A program made the position numbers and the translations under genes. The notes beneath the pieces are model-generated. The model was given only the letters and a program-made list of their open reading frames with translations. It searched no databases and was not told where the DNA came from. A stretch of DNA of 64,000 nucleotides from a virus. Below are positions 19,246 through 30,100 of the stretch, one piece after another (position 1 is the first letter of the stretch; each line of letters starts with the position of its first letter). Where the stretch lies: IMG/VR virus record IMGVR_UViG_3300022074_000005, one strand, 5' to 3'.

Positions 19246-22200
19246 TATGTTGCCAATGCTATTGCTCTGAAATCTTTAATTCTAATTGGTTCAGCAGCAT
19301 TAGTTCCTTGTCCTACTATTTTGATTGCAAATTGTATAAACTCTGGTAAAGGTGTTCCTATACCATCATCTGTCACACCAGAAGTAAACACGTATTCTTG
19401 GAAGTCATCATCTTCAAGTGATGAACCTACCTCTGTATCTGTTGTACCAGTTGTGTTAAAGAAAGTATAACCTAGTTCATCGAAATCAGAAGCATCATCT
19501 GATCTTAAAACTTTAAATAAACATTTGATCGTAGCACTATTATGTTTGTGTGCTGAGAAAAATACTTTTAAAGCTGTTGCTGGTGATTCCAAAGCAACTT
19601 TTTTAGTAATGTATATAAATGCATTTTGGTCACCATCTGGTGCTTCGTTTGTTACATAATCAGTTGTAGGGAAAACTCCACTAGAATCTGTTATGTTATT
19701 TACTTTGTTTGCAACTAAAACAGCTGACAATCTATCTGTATCAATAACAGGTGATATGTTAGCATTATTAGAACCAAGTGTTAATGGTAAGAAGAATGAT
19801 TTAGCACCAGCAAGTTCATTTGTTTCATTTATTTGAGATGCAACAATATTACATTCTGGTAGTCTTTGGTTTTCATTTAAAGATATTGCTCTAGCATTTG
19901 CTAATGTTCTAGTATTAAATGATGTTTCTGTACCACTTGGTGATCTACCTGTAGTGTTTCTTAATTTACCAGCTACACTTGTTTCTGGTAATTCTAAAGT
20001 AGCAATTGAAGTTTTAAGTAATTCATATCTATAGTTTTCAGAAGCATAAACAGCTACTCCACCTATTTCAGCAGTTGTTGAACCACCACTAATACTTGGT
20101 GCAGTTGTTAAAGTTATTGTGTAATAATCTGTACCAATATTTCCTATTGATGTATGCTCTTTGTTTATCTCTGTTAATGATACACCAAATATTTCATACA
20201 ACTCAACTTTGTCTGAAGCAGTATGTGCTGATGCAGTTGAACCTCCAGCACCTCTTGTTAAAGATGATAAAGTTGTACCAGATAATGAACCTGTAATAAT
20301 TTCGTTTCCTATTTTAACAGTTATGTTTCCACTACCAAAACCTGAGTTACTTGCAAGTGTAAGTGAAGTCGCACTATCATTAATTGTAGCAGATAGTGTT
20401 GTCTCTATACCAGAAGACACACCAGTAACTACAACATTGTTAGATGTTTGATACATACCATGATCTTCATGTTTAATCTTTAATGTTGTAGAACCATTAG
20501 TCATGATTAAAGGATTTGATTTTAATCTGTTTACATATACAGTATTTCCAATTTCATTTGTTATCGCTTGACCAATAGGATTATTTTCAAGTGTAACAGC
20601 ACCTGCAGCTGTAGTATTGAATACAGCTTTTCTTAAAGTAAATTTAATATCTTCACTTTGAGATGCTGCCCATGTTCTATTGTTTTGTGATTTAAACAAT
20701 ACACCAAGATGTGGTTGTTTAGAAACAATTCTTAATCCACCAATATCTGTTTCACCCATTCTAGAAATCCATATTTTAGGTTCTAAAGAGTCTGAACGAA
20801 CAACAAAACAATATTCTTGACCGTTCTTTAAATATACAGGTGCATCAAATGTAAATGTTGTTGCTGTTGCAGCTGTTGTTGATGTATTAATTTCAGAAGC
20901 TTGTAATAGTTTTCTACCAAATGGTAATATTTTTGGACCAGGATAACCATTGTCAACATTTCTAATTTCAACCCAACAAGGTAAATCGTTATCTTTAGTT
21001 TGGAAGTATAAATCTAATTCTGTTATAAATGCTCCACCCTCTTCTTCAACCAAGAAAGTTTGAGCTAATGGGTCTGGTCCAGGTGGGTCACCTCTACCTT
21101 GATCAATTTCTTGAACGTTTATAACTCTTGAACTTGTACTTAATCTACTTGTTGTTTCTGTTACACTTTTTTGTACTACTCTAGCATTTCTAGTAGCGAT
21201 AATAGTTTCTTGCTCTGTTTCTAAAATACCTTTTGCAATGTAAGTTGTATTGGCTGCAGTTACAGGTACAGGTGTTTTAATATTTGTAGAACTAGAAGTA
21301 ATTCTAAATTCTACTTCACCTGTTTTAAATTTAGGAACAGCAGTTTGACCTGCAAATCTATATTCAGGTATTCTCATAGTTCCCTCAACATTACCGTTAC
21401 CATCAGTTACTAATTGGACACCCTCTGCTACTGTAGAAACATTTGTGTAACTTTGTGATTGAGGTGTGATATAAGCTGCCATTGCAGTTCCGTCAAAGAA
21501 AACATAAACTTTAGTGTTAGGTAAAAATGCTTGTCCTTTGAATGTTACGTTTCTAGGTCTAACCCAAGGTATCAATGCTCTTGATATAACTCTTGTTCCT
21601 TGAGACTCTTCATCTATTTGTTCTACAACTTGAGTGTTAATACCTGATCTTTTTAAATTTGATCTTACTGTTTGAATTGCTCTAGTTATAACTTGATTAC
21701 CTTGTTGTGAAGTTTGTACTCTTGATGCAATAGTACCAGACCATTGTGTTTCCCATGAGTTCCACACCGTACCTAATCTGTTTGAGTTTGCAGCTCTAAC
21801 AGCATCAAAGTTTCCGTCAACGTTAATAATTAAATCTGGTGCTGTTTCTGTTTCAAACCAATCATCACTTTGTGGGTCAAGATCAATGTTTCCTACCCAT
21901 TGTGCTGTAATAACGGGTTGTACCTTTTCTACTCTTGATGCATATGGGTTTTCAGATAATGTATCACTTGAATAAGGAAGTGTAATTAATGGACCAGTTT
22001 TTTGATAACCTAATGCTGTTCTATTTGCATCTGTAGATACAGACTCAGTTAGTGTTGCATTTCTTAATATACACTTAGGTCTTAATTCTTTATTTTCCAT
22101 ATCCATTGCATTAGAGTAATCTTTATTTTTAACATCACCTACTCTATGACCTGCAAAGTTATCGACTACAAAACCTGATTTAAATCTGTTTAAACCATTT

Positions 22201-25200
22201 GCGTCTGTTACTTCAAAAGACTCTGCATCCCTTTCAAGTAATGACAAGTTAGTGTAGTACTCTAAGTTTTGAATTCTTTTTTGTAGTTTACCAATATCTC
22301 TCATAGTAAACCTTTGAGTTTTAAATCTTTCGATTTCAACATCTGTAGGTCTAAATGTATAAGCAGGTATGAATAGTTTAGCTAGTTTCATAGCATTTTC
22401 TAATTCTTTAGGTTCAGTTGGAACTTCAGCTGAAGAACCTGTAATAACTTTAAAATCACCTTCTTGAGTTAAGAAAACTAAAGCTAATCTTGATAGATAA
22501 AATTCTAAATCTGCTGTTCCTAGAGTGTTTGGTTTTGGTGTATCTACTGTTGATGCACCTGTGCCATCAAATTGTCTATGAAAGAAATCAAACGAATTGC
22601 CTGTAATTGTATCTACAGAACCAATAGAATCTGTTGCACCAGTAACGTTTTCACACGTTGGTCTAAAATCAACGACATCTGTTAATGGAAACTCACCAGT
22701 CGGTTCTGGTTCATCTGGGTCAACTCTTGTTGCTGTATATGTTGGAATATTACCATATCCCATTTGACCAGCGACATCTGAATATGAATCTACTGTAAAG
22801 AAAGAACCTGAAGAATGACTGAAGAAATCAAATACTACTGCTAGTCTTCCTCTAGGTTTTGATGCACCAGCTTTTAATTGTATTCTAGAAATATCATAAA
22901 GGTTATCTCTTTGACCTGTGTCTAGTAAATAATTTGAAGTAATAATTTTAGAACCAGCTGTTACACTTGAAACTATAGCAGTTGCACCAGAGGACGCACC
23001 TGTAATTGTTTCACTTGCCTCAAAGTTTGCAGCTCCCACACCATCTTGTAAATAATATGTAATTGGTGATGTTGGATTAATAACTCTTGCTACTGCACCA
23101 GAAGTTCCACCAGTAATTTTTTCTCCTCTAACAAAAGTACCATTGACTGTTGTTAAAGCAATTGTTGGTAATGATGCATCTGAACTTGTATCCTCAGAGT
23201 CAAACACAGCACCTAAAGTAAAAGCATCTGCTCGTCCTAGTGATATTGTATCATCTGTTGCTCTTGTTCCAAACGCACCTGTTGTTGCGCCAGCAACTTT
23301 AACAACTTTAGATAAGTTAGTTGTTTTTAATCTAGCAGAGATAGATGTTTTTAATAGTGTTGCAGTTAATTTAACTTTAGCACCATTTCCAAAACTTGTA
23401 TTATCTGATATTGTAATTGTAGCTGTACCTGTGCCAGAGATTGTTGACTCAACATCTACAATATCTCCTTGAGATGCACTTCCACCAGAACCTGCTGTTA
23501 AAACCGATAATGTATAATCGATATCTGTATAAGATAAAAATGTTTCATTTGCACCAGCAGTAAATGATACAGCACCAGAAGAGTTTGTTGTTGCTATAAA
23601 TTGTCTTCTAATTGTCATCTGCGTATCAGACGAACCATTGTTATCCTCTGTCAATAATGTTTTAATTGTAGGTTTAGGTAATCTATATAATGCAATATTT
23701 TTTTCTGCTTGATTTAATTTACCAATCTTTTCAGATTCTAATGCAACTGTTGTTGAGTTATCTTCTTCAAGAACTATGTTATCATTTGCATCTGTAGATG
23801 AAGCATCCGTACCATCTAAAACTATTTGACCATCAACACCTGTTGTTGTTGATTCTAATACAGTATCAGCAGTAAAGTCTTGACCACTGTCTGGGTCATC
23901 CATAAAGAAACTTCTTGTTTCTGAAAATATGTGTGTAACAATATTTGATATTGTTAAATCTGCGTTAGATGAATTTTCTACAATCTGATCTGTTTCTGCA
24001 CTATCAGATACTATAAGTTTTTCACCTGTAGTAAAAGTACCAGAAACATTTGTAAGTACAACTTGAGTACCACTCGTTAGTGTACCAAAAACAAAACCTG
24101 TTGCATTTGACGAAGCACCTTTAACTCTAACTCCACCATTACTATGATTAGCAGTTAATGCTGAACTTGGGTTATCGTTTAATGTTAAGTATGTAAATGG
24201 TCTTATATCAAAAAGATATAATCTGAATACTGCATCTGTATTTCCCATAGTACCAGACTCGTATTGTATTGTTCTTGCTCTTGCGACCCCTATTTGCGTA
24301 CCTGAAGCTGTTCCTCTTGTTGACGTAACATCATCAAATAGTTGAATTGTTTTGTATGCAGTTGTCTCACCAGAGATATCTGTTACATCTGGTTGACCAT
24401 ATACATTTGTTATCTTAACAAAGTTTCCTAATTCTGCGTTTATTGAACCTGCGTTTACTGTATCAAATTGTCTTGACTTTTCTACATCTTTAAAAGTGAT
24501 AGTTGGTTTTTCTAATTCATATCCTTTTACATATGCCTTACCTGGTGATATAGCTAATATAAATTTACCTTCATCTGCTGTTCCACCATCGCTAGTAGTA
24601 TCACCAGAAGCATAAACACCTCTGAAACTTTGACCTTGATATCTGTTATCAAGCATTTCTCTAGCATCTAATTGAAAAGGTCTTACTGTATAGTCACCTG
24701 ACTCGTCAAACGTTCTTCTTGCAAGTGTATCACCTAATACTGAATATTCAGTTGGTCTTGCATCACTTTGAATTTCACCATTTTTTACTCTAGCAATTTC
24801 AACAAACTCATTGTCAGCTGTAGATGTTAAATCTAAAGATGTTAAAGTTAAACTCATTTTTAATCTATGAGCACCTTTAGCTGCAAAGTTTGAAGCACCA
24901 GTTGCGTTATCTGTTAAAGATTCATCAACTTCTGGTGTAACTAATTCTTCGTTTAAACTTATACCTATTCTAGCTGATGCAGTTTGTGAATCATCTGATA
25001 ATACAAGTGTTTGATCTGATAGTTGTACGAATGTTCCTCTTATATAATAAACACCACCTGTTGTACTAACAGCTGTTCCTAATTGTGAAGCGCTTGTGTG
25101 AGTTGTTGCTGAATTAGTGTTTATTGCATAAGTTGTAGTGTGTGTAATAGATGTATCAGCGTAAATGTTTTCAGAGTTTTGAAATATAGTTGTCTCTAAA

Positions 25201-25610
25201 TCTGAACCTGATGAAATATATCTTACGTATAATAAAGGTTGTGTTGTCGAAGTTGCAGCTTTAAATCCTATGACTTTTGCTTTTACACCAGATGTTGCAC
25301 CTACGATTGTAACAGGTGAGTCTTCGCTATAATATTGTGATGGGTCAACTGTCTCTCCAGCGAAAGCTGAAGCAAGTTGTACTGAATAGTATTGTGTATT
25401 TACAGAAATACCACCAGGTATAACTACACTACCTTCTTGAAAAACATGAGAACCAAATCTTTCAATTTGATTTTGTAGTATTGATTGTAGCTGTGTTAAC
25501 TCTCTAGCCTGTACTGCGTAACCAGGTCTAAAAAGTATTCTATGAAAATTTTTGTTTTCTGCAAAATCATCATAATATGGTGCTACGTTTAGGTCAGTTT
25601 TTTGTGCCAT
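19245..25610 (-). CDS. large baseplate/virion structural protein (VrlC/DUF4815-like)
   Basis: LNVAPYYDDF, LFRPGYAVQARELTQLQSILQNQIERFG, RRTFDESGDYTV, NRFKSGFVVDNF, DPLAQTF. Confidence 0.88.
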   Translation of the reverse strand: MAQKTDLNVAPYYDDFAENKNFHRILFRPGYAVQARELTQLQSILQNQIERFGSHVFQEGSVVIPGGISVNTQYYSVQLASAFAGETVDPSQYYSEDSPVTIVGATSGVKAKVIGFKAATSTTQPLLYVRYISSGSDLETTIFQNSENIYADTSITHTTTYAINTNSATTHTSASQLGTAVSTTGGVYYIRGTFVQLSDQTLVLSDDSQTASARIGISLNEELVTPEVDESLTDNATGASNFAAKGAHRLKMSLTLTSLDLTSTADNEFVEIARVKNGEIQSDARPTEYSVLGDTLARRTFDESGDYTVRPFQLDAREMLDNRYQGQSFRGVYASGDTTSDGGTADEGKFILAISPGKAYVKGYELEKPTITFKDVEKSRQFDTVNAGSINAELGNFVKITNVYGQPDVTDISGETTAYKTIQLFDDVTSTRGTASGTQIGVARARTIQYESGTMGNTDAVFRLYLFDIRPFTYLTLNDNPSSALTANHSNGGVRVKGASSNATGFVFGTLTSGTQVVLTNVSGTFTTGEKLIVSDSAETDQIVENSSNADLTISNIVTHIFSETRSFFMDDPDSGQDFTADTVLESTTTGVDGQIVLDGTDASSTDANDNIVLEEDNSTTVALESEKIGKLNQAEKNIALYRLPKPTIKTLLTEDNNGSSDTQMTIRRQFIATTNSSGAVSFTAGANETFLSYTDIDYTLSVLTAGSGGSASQGDIVDVESTISGTGTATITISDNTSFGNGAKVKLTATLLKTSISARLKTTNLSKVVKVAGATTGAFGTRATDDTISLGRADAFTLGAVFDSEDTSSDASLPTIALTTVNGTFVRGEKITGGTSGAVARVINPTSPITYYLQDGVGAANFEASETITGASSGATAIVSSVTAGSKIITSNYLLDTGQRDNLYDISRIQLKAGASKPRGRLAVVFDFFSHSSGSFFTVDSYSDVAGQMGYGNIPTYTATRVDPDEPEPTGEFPLTDVVDFRPTCENVTGATDSIGSVDTITGNSFDFFHRQFDGTGASTVDTPKPNTLGTADLEFYLSRLALVFLTQEGDFKVITGSSAEVPTEPKELENAMKLAKLFIPAYTFRPTDVEIERFKTQRFTMRDIGKLQKRIQNLEYYTNLSLLERDAESFEVTDANGLNRFKSGFVVDNFAGHRVGDVKNKDYSNAMDMENKELRPKCILRNATLTESVSTDANRTALGYQKTGPLITLPYSSDTLSENPYASRVEKVQPVITAQWVGNIDLDPQSDDWFETETAPDLIINVDGNFDAVRAANSNRLGTVWNSWETQWSGTIASRVQTSQQGNQVITRAIQTVRSNLKRSGINTQVVEQIDEESQGTRVISRALIPWVRPRNVTFKGQAFLPNTKVYVFFDGTAMAAYITPQSQSYTNVSTVAEGVQLVTDGNGNVEGTMRIPEYRFAGQTAVPKFKTGEVEFRITSSSTNIKTPVPVTAANTTYIAKGILETEQETIIATRNARVVQKSVTETTSRLSTSSRVINVQEIDQGRGDPPGPDPLAQTFLVEEEGGAFITELDLYFQTKDNDLPCWVEIRNVDNGYPGPKILPFGRKLLQASEINTSTTAATATTFTFDAPVYLKNGQEYCFVVRSDSLEPKIWISRMGETDIGGLRIVSKQPHLGVLFKSQNNRTWAASQSEDIKFTLRKAVFNTTAAGAVTLENNPIGQAITNEIGNTVYVNRLKSNPLIMTNGSTTLKIKHEDHGMYQTSNNVVVTGVSSGIETTLSATINDSATSLTLASNSGFGSGNITVKIGNEIITGSLSGTTLSSLTRGAGGSTASAHTASDKVELYEIFGVSLTEINKEHTSIGNIGTDYYTITLTTAPSISGGSTTAEIGGVAVYASENYRYELLKTSIATLELPETSVAGKLRNTTGRSPSGTETSFNTRTLANARAISLNENQRLPECNIVASQINETNELAGAKSFFLPLTLGSNNANISPVIDTDRLSAVLVANKVNNITDSSGVFPTTDYVTNEAPDGDQNAFIYITKKVALESPATALKVFFSAHKHNSATIKCLFKVLRSDDASDFDELGYTFFNTTGTTDTEVGSSLEDDDFQEYVFTSGVTDDGIGTPLPEFIQFAIKIVGQGTNAAEPIRIKDFRAIALAT

Positions 25611-25618
25611 ATTATTCC

Positions 25619-27112
25619 TTAAAACTCAATAATTATCTTAACATCTTCAGTTTGATCTGATACCCTTTGAATTGGTTTTCTATTTTCAATATAAACTATA
25701 TTACCACTATCTGGTTGCAACTCTGGGTTTGCATATCCACTTGTTAGTGTAACTGTATTTCCGTTTGCAAGTGTGACTGTTTCAGAACCAGTTGACGATG
25801 GTGTACCTACCGCATTTGTAGTTGCACCTGTAATAGAATTTGTACCACTAAATGCTGTAAAACTTTGTGTAGTTGTTGCTGTGCCGTAAGTAGAAAATCT
25901 TTCTTGTTGATAATACAATAATTTTCTTGTGGCATCCCACTCAACAACTCTACCTACTGCACCAGTTGTTGCTTGAGTGATTTGTTCATCAACATCAAAA
26001 GTTCCTGTGGCTGAAGAGAACTTAACAACATTGGTTTGTCTAGCTGTAGTTGCAGACGCCACGGTAGTTGTACCATAATTGGTAGGGTCAACTACTATGC
26101 CAACTTGTCTAAAGTCATTTTGTACTGTAAAGTCATCACCTTCAGCTTGTGTTATAGTTGTATTTGCTATTACAAAATGACCACCTAATTCCTCTACTGC
26201 ATCTTTACCATGGCCATCTTTTGGTGAGATGATTATTCTTACATCTCCACCTGAACCTGAACCGATGTTTGCAGAACTTGTTAAAGCTGCATCTGAGAAT
26301 ACGTTTGTTAAAGAAACTTTTCCAAAAGTATATGCAGCTCCACCTGCGTGTATTGTTGTATCTGTACCAGCAGTTAATCCAAAACTTGCGATTGAACCAC
26401 CTGATACTGTAATTCTTATAATTGCACCACTTGATGTTCCTTGACTTGTACCATCACCAAACACAGGTGCGTAGTATGTTCCGTCTGTATAACCTGAACC
26501 AGCAGTTATTTTAATTGATTCTATTTTGCCATCTACTGCAGCTGCAGAAACAGTTGTATCTGTAGATACAGGTATGTAATCTGTAGTAATAAACTTTACA
26601 GCTTCAGACGCTGTGATTGTGTACATGTATTTTATAATGTATCCGCCTGATGCGAATGGTGATGTACTTGTAGATGTTGGCTCGGAGCCTGAAAATGCAG
26701 CCCCAGCATTATTGTCAAGAACTTTATACACATCTTTATTAGAAGTCATGAAATAAAATCTTGAACCATAAATTGAGGAAGCACCTGAAGCTGTAGTGTT
26801 CGAAGATGAAACTCTATCATCGTACATATCAAAGACTGTAGAATTGGCCCAGTTAACTCTAGGAAGTGCGAAAGAGATATCTGAACTTGTAATTTTTTTA
26901 GCCCCTAACATAGAATCCCATAGATAGAATTCATTTGATATGGCATCGGCTGGCGTTGGTGGAGCTGTATCTGTACCACCTGAAGTACCAGTTGTGAAAG
27001 GCATTGGTTTGCCTAAGAATAAGTAATAAGTTGACGCAGCTGATTCACTAAAGGACTCGTGAAACTGATTTGCGTTATGTTGTCTAAATTTTTCTGTTAT
27101 AATTGCTGTCAT
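25619..27112 (-). CDS. gp8: baseplate wedge subunit
   Basis: MTAIITEKFR, VYKVLDNN, GYIIKYMYTI, NDFRQVGIVVDP, ENRKPIQRVSDQTEDVKIIIEF. Confidence 0.9.
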   Translation of the reverse strand: MTAIITEKFRQHNANQFHESFSESAASTYYLFLGKPMPFTTGTSGGTDTAPPTPADAISNEFYLWDSMLGAKKITSSDISFALPRVNWANSTVFDMYDDRVSSSNTTASGASSIYGSRFYFMTSNKDVYKVLDNNAGAAFSGSEPTSTSTSPFASGGYIIKYMYTITASEAVKFITTDYIPVSTDTTVSAAAVDGKIESIKITAGSGYTDGTYYAPVFGDGTSQGTSSGAIIRITVSGGSIASFGLTAGTDTTIHAGGAAYTFGKVSLTNVFSDAALTSSANIGSGSGGDVRIIISPKDGHGKDAVEELGGHFVIANTTITQAEGDDFTVQNDFRQVGIVVDPTNYGTTTVASATTARQTNVVKFSSATGTFDVDEQITQATTGAVGRVVEWDATRKLLYYQQERFSTYGTATTTQSFTAFSGTNSITGATTNAVGTPSSTGSETVTLANGNTVTLTSGYANPELQPDSGNIVYIENRKPIQRVSDQTEDVKIIIEF

Positions 27113-27131
27113 TGGTATACACTTCCTTTTG

Positions 27132-27148
27132 TATTTATATTATTTATA
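27132..27148 (-). promoter_or_regulatory. tandem T4-type late promoters
   Basis: TATAAATA twice (27132-39, 27141-48) on minus. Confidence 0.75.
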
Positions 27149-27153
27149 CGATA

Positions 27154-30100
27154 TTAAGAACTCCTTATCTCAATAACCGAAGATTTTACAACTGCTCTAC
27201 TTCCTAATTGTATTACTCTTAACGGTATATCTTCTTTTAATATTTCTGGTCCACTAGAGAAACGTAAACTTGCATGTGGTATTTGACCCTCACTAGCAAT
27301 TAAAGTAGAATCTTCTAATAATATATGATCTATTTGTGCAGCTGCATCATCAACATCTCTTTCTGATAATAATCTAAACCCTGCGTCTGTTCCGCTACTA
27401 TCAGTTCCGTCTAATATTAGACTATCAGTTGATACATCTTGACTTGCATCTTCTAGTAAAAATGCGTCTGCAAAATTCTTTTGTGTTGTTTTTTCATATT
27501 GTGCTCTAGCACCTGGTACCATTGTACTATCTTCTAATAATAAAAACTGTTTATTAGATGTGGTTGAGAAAGCCTCTGCAATGATAACACCATCCTCTTC
27601 TAAAATAAATCTTTCATCACCAGAACCTGTTTTTTCTGATATAATAAAATCATCTTGATCTGTTACTTGACCTGATAATTCTCCACTTGTTATTAAGTGT
27701 CCGTCTAATTTTATGAAACCATCTATCTCTAATTTGATACCATCAAAGTCAGGTGCCGATGCATTATTAATATCTGAACTTCCATTATCCAAACCTCTGT
27801 TAGATAATAATTCATCTGCAACTATACTGTCTTCAAATATTATAAAACCAGAATTATCTTCTAATTCTAAAGGTGACACAGCATCAAATTCTAATATTAC
27901 TTTATTACTAAATCTTAAACCTTGTACATCTATTAAGTCACTTGGTTGTCCTAGTATAATTCTATCTGGTCTAACTATATCAACAATTCGTAAATCTTCA
28001 AAAGCAGATATTGGAATTGAGTCATTTGTTTTCTGTGAGTCTTCTAATATCATTTTATCAAAGACAGAGTGTACTGTAGCTGCGTTAAATGTAAATGATG
28101 AGTCTTCCATTTTTAATCTACTTGTATCACCAATACCTGTTCCACTTTCTAATATTATATTATCGCCTGCATCCGTACCACTTACTGCTGTTGCATTTAA
28201 CACTATAAAAGAAATCACTGGTATTGGGTCTACACCATCTAGTCTTAATACTTCAGTTTCAGAACCCTCTAATTGTATTCCCTCACTATCAGGAAACATA
28301 CCACCATTACCTACTGCACCACTAACAGTTCTCATAAAGTTTTGTGAAGCTCTTGCTGTTGCTTTTGATTGAATATTTTTTTGGAATAGAGGTATAAAAT
28401 TAGTTTGAGCTTTATCACTAGGTGCTAAAGAAGTTTCTGCCATTATTCTTCCACCTGCACCAAATTGATCTATTGTACCATCTTCAAATAAGAAAGCATC
28501 ACCTGCATCTGTAGATGAACCAGCAGTTGAGTTAATTACAATTTTATCATCTCTATGACCTAATCTACTTGATACTTGTACAGCTTGAGAAGTTCTTCTA
28601 AACAATTCATCAAACAATGTTGTAAGTACAGAACCAAGAATAGGTGAGAACTCAGAACCACCAGATGCTGTAATTGCATTTGATAAAAATGATGCAATAC
28701 TAACTTTACCAAAAGGTGCAAACCCAGATGGGTGTACTGCTCTTCTTAACTCGTTAATGTATGTAGCGATTGATTGGCCGACTTGAACTTCATAAGAAAA
28801 TTGTTGATAGTAGTAAGAGTCTTGAACACGAATCAAGTCCTCGCCAATCAACGATTCAATGTTTACATACTTACCGTCTGTAATTTGTTTTACTCCAGCA
28901 CTTACCGTACCAGTAGCAATATCTGCTAATAAAACTGTACCCGATGCACTTGCAGTTGATATTGTAACAGCTGCATCCTCAGAAAAATCAATCTTCTCTT
29001 GTAGTATTAAACTATCGCCAGCATTATTTGTGCCATCTGTAGAGTTTAGTGTAATAAAGTCTGCAGCATCAACACCTGTTTCATCTAATATTTTTCCACC
29101 ATCGTCACTAGCTTCTAGTGTAATTAAATTACCAAAATCTTCGTTCTTTAATTGATTACCATCTTCATCTAATATAAATGCTGTGCCTGTATCAATTAAT
29201 GTATCGATTAATATTTTACTTCCAGCATCCGTTACTAATCCCTCTTGAGATTGTTCAGTTATAAACACACCAGAGTTATCCTCTAATGCTATTGCTAGTA
29301 AAGGATTAGCACCATTAACAGGTTCTGCTAATATTTTAAATATGTTTGCACTTGTACCATCTAGTAATAAATCTTCTTGATTATCCCTTACAAAACTTTG
29401 TGGTGTATTAGTTTCTATAACTCCACCCATACCAGAATGATTGACACAATAATAATAAAGTGTAGGTGCATTTGCAGCTATTGTTATTTGAATGTATGCA
29501 CCAGTAGTACCTGTTTGAATTGTAATAGGGGACTCAGTTACACCAGTTGTATAAGCTGTACCATCTGCATGTGTGCCATTTGGTGTAGTAGAAAATCTTA
29601 ATTGATGTCTGTTTGTAGCTAAACTATCTCCTAAAGAACTATCTGATAAATCAAAGTAGTAAGTATTACCTTCAACTAATTTTAAACTTTTTTGTCTCTC
29701 ATTATTAATTTCAAATACATTTGCAGTATCATCAGCATTTCTAACTTTTTTAACAACAACATTTATTAATCTTGTCGCTGGTGTAGCAATACTTGTACCA
29801 TCTAATATAATATTATCATTTGGTGTACCAACTATATCTTGAACTTCTTCCATAAGAACATTATGACCTGCAAGTCCTCTTGTATCTTCTTGCACAAAAG
29901 GTGCGTTAAAAGTAGTTGCTTGTTCATGTCTTATTTTTATAATGTCTTCTAAAGTAATATCTAATTGTTGAGTAGTAGGGTTCCAAGCTTTTACTTCACC
30001 TGTATGAGATGTAAGAGTTTCACCTGCAACAAACGAACCTGTAATATTTTTTAATATGAAGTGAGCTCTGAAACGCATGTCTGGTAAATCGCTTGCGTCA

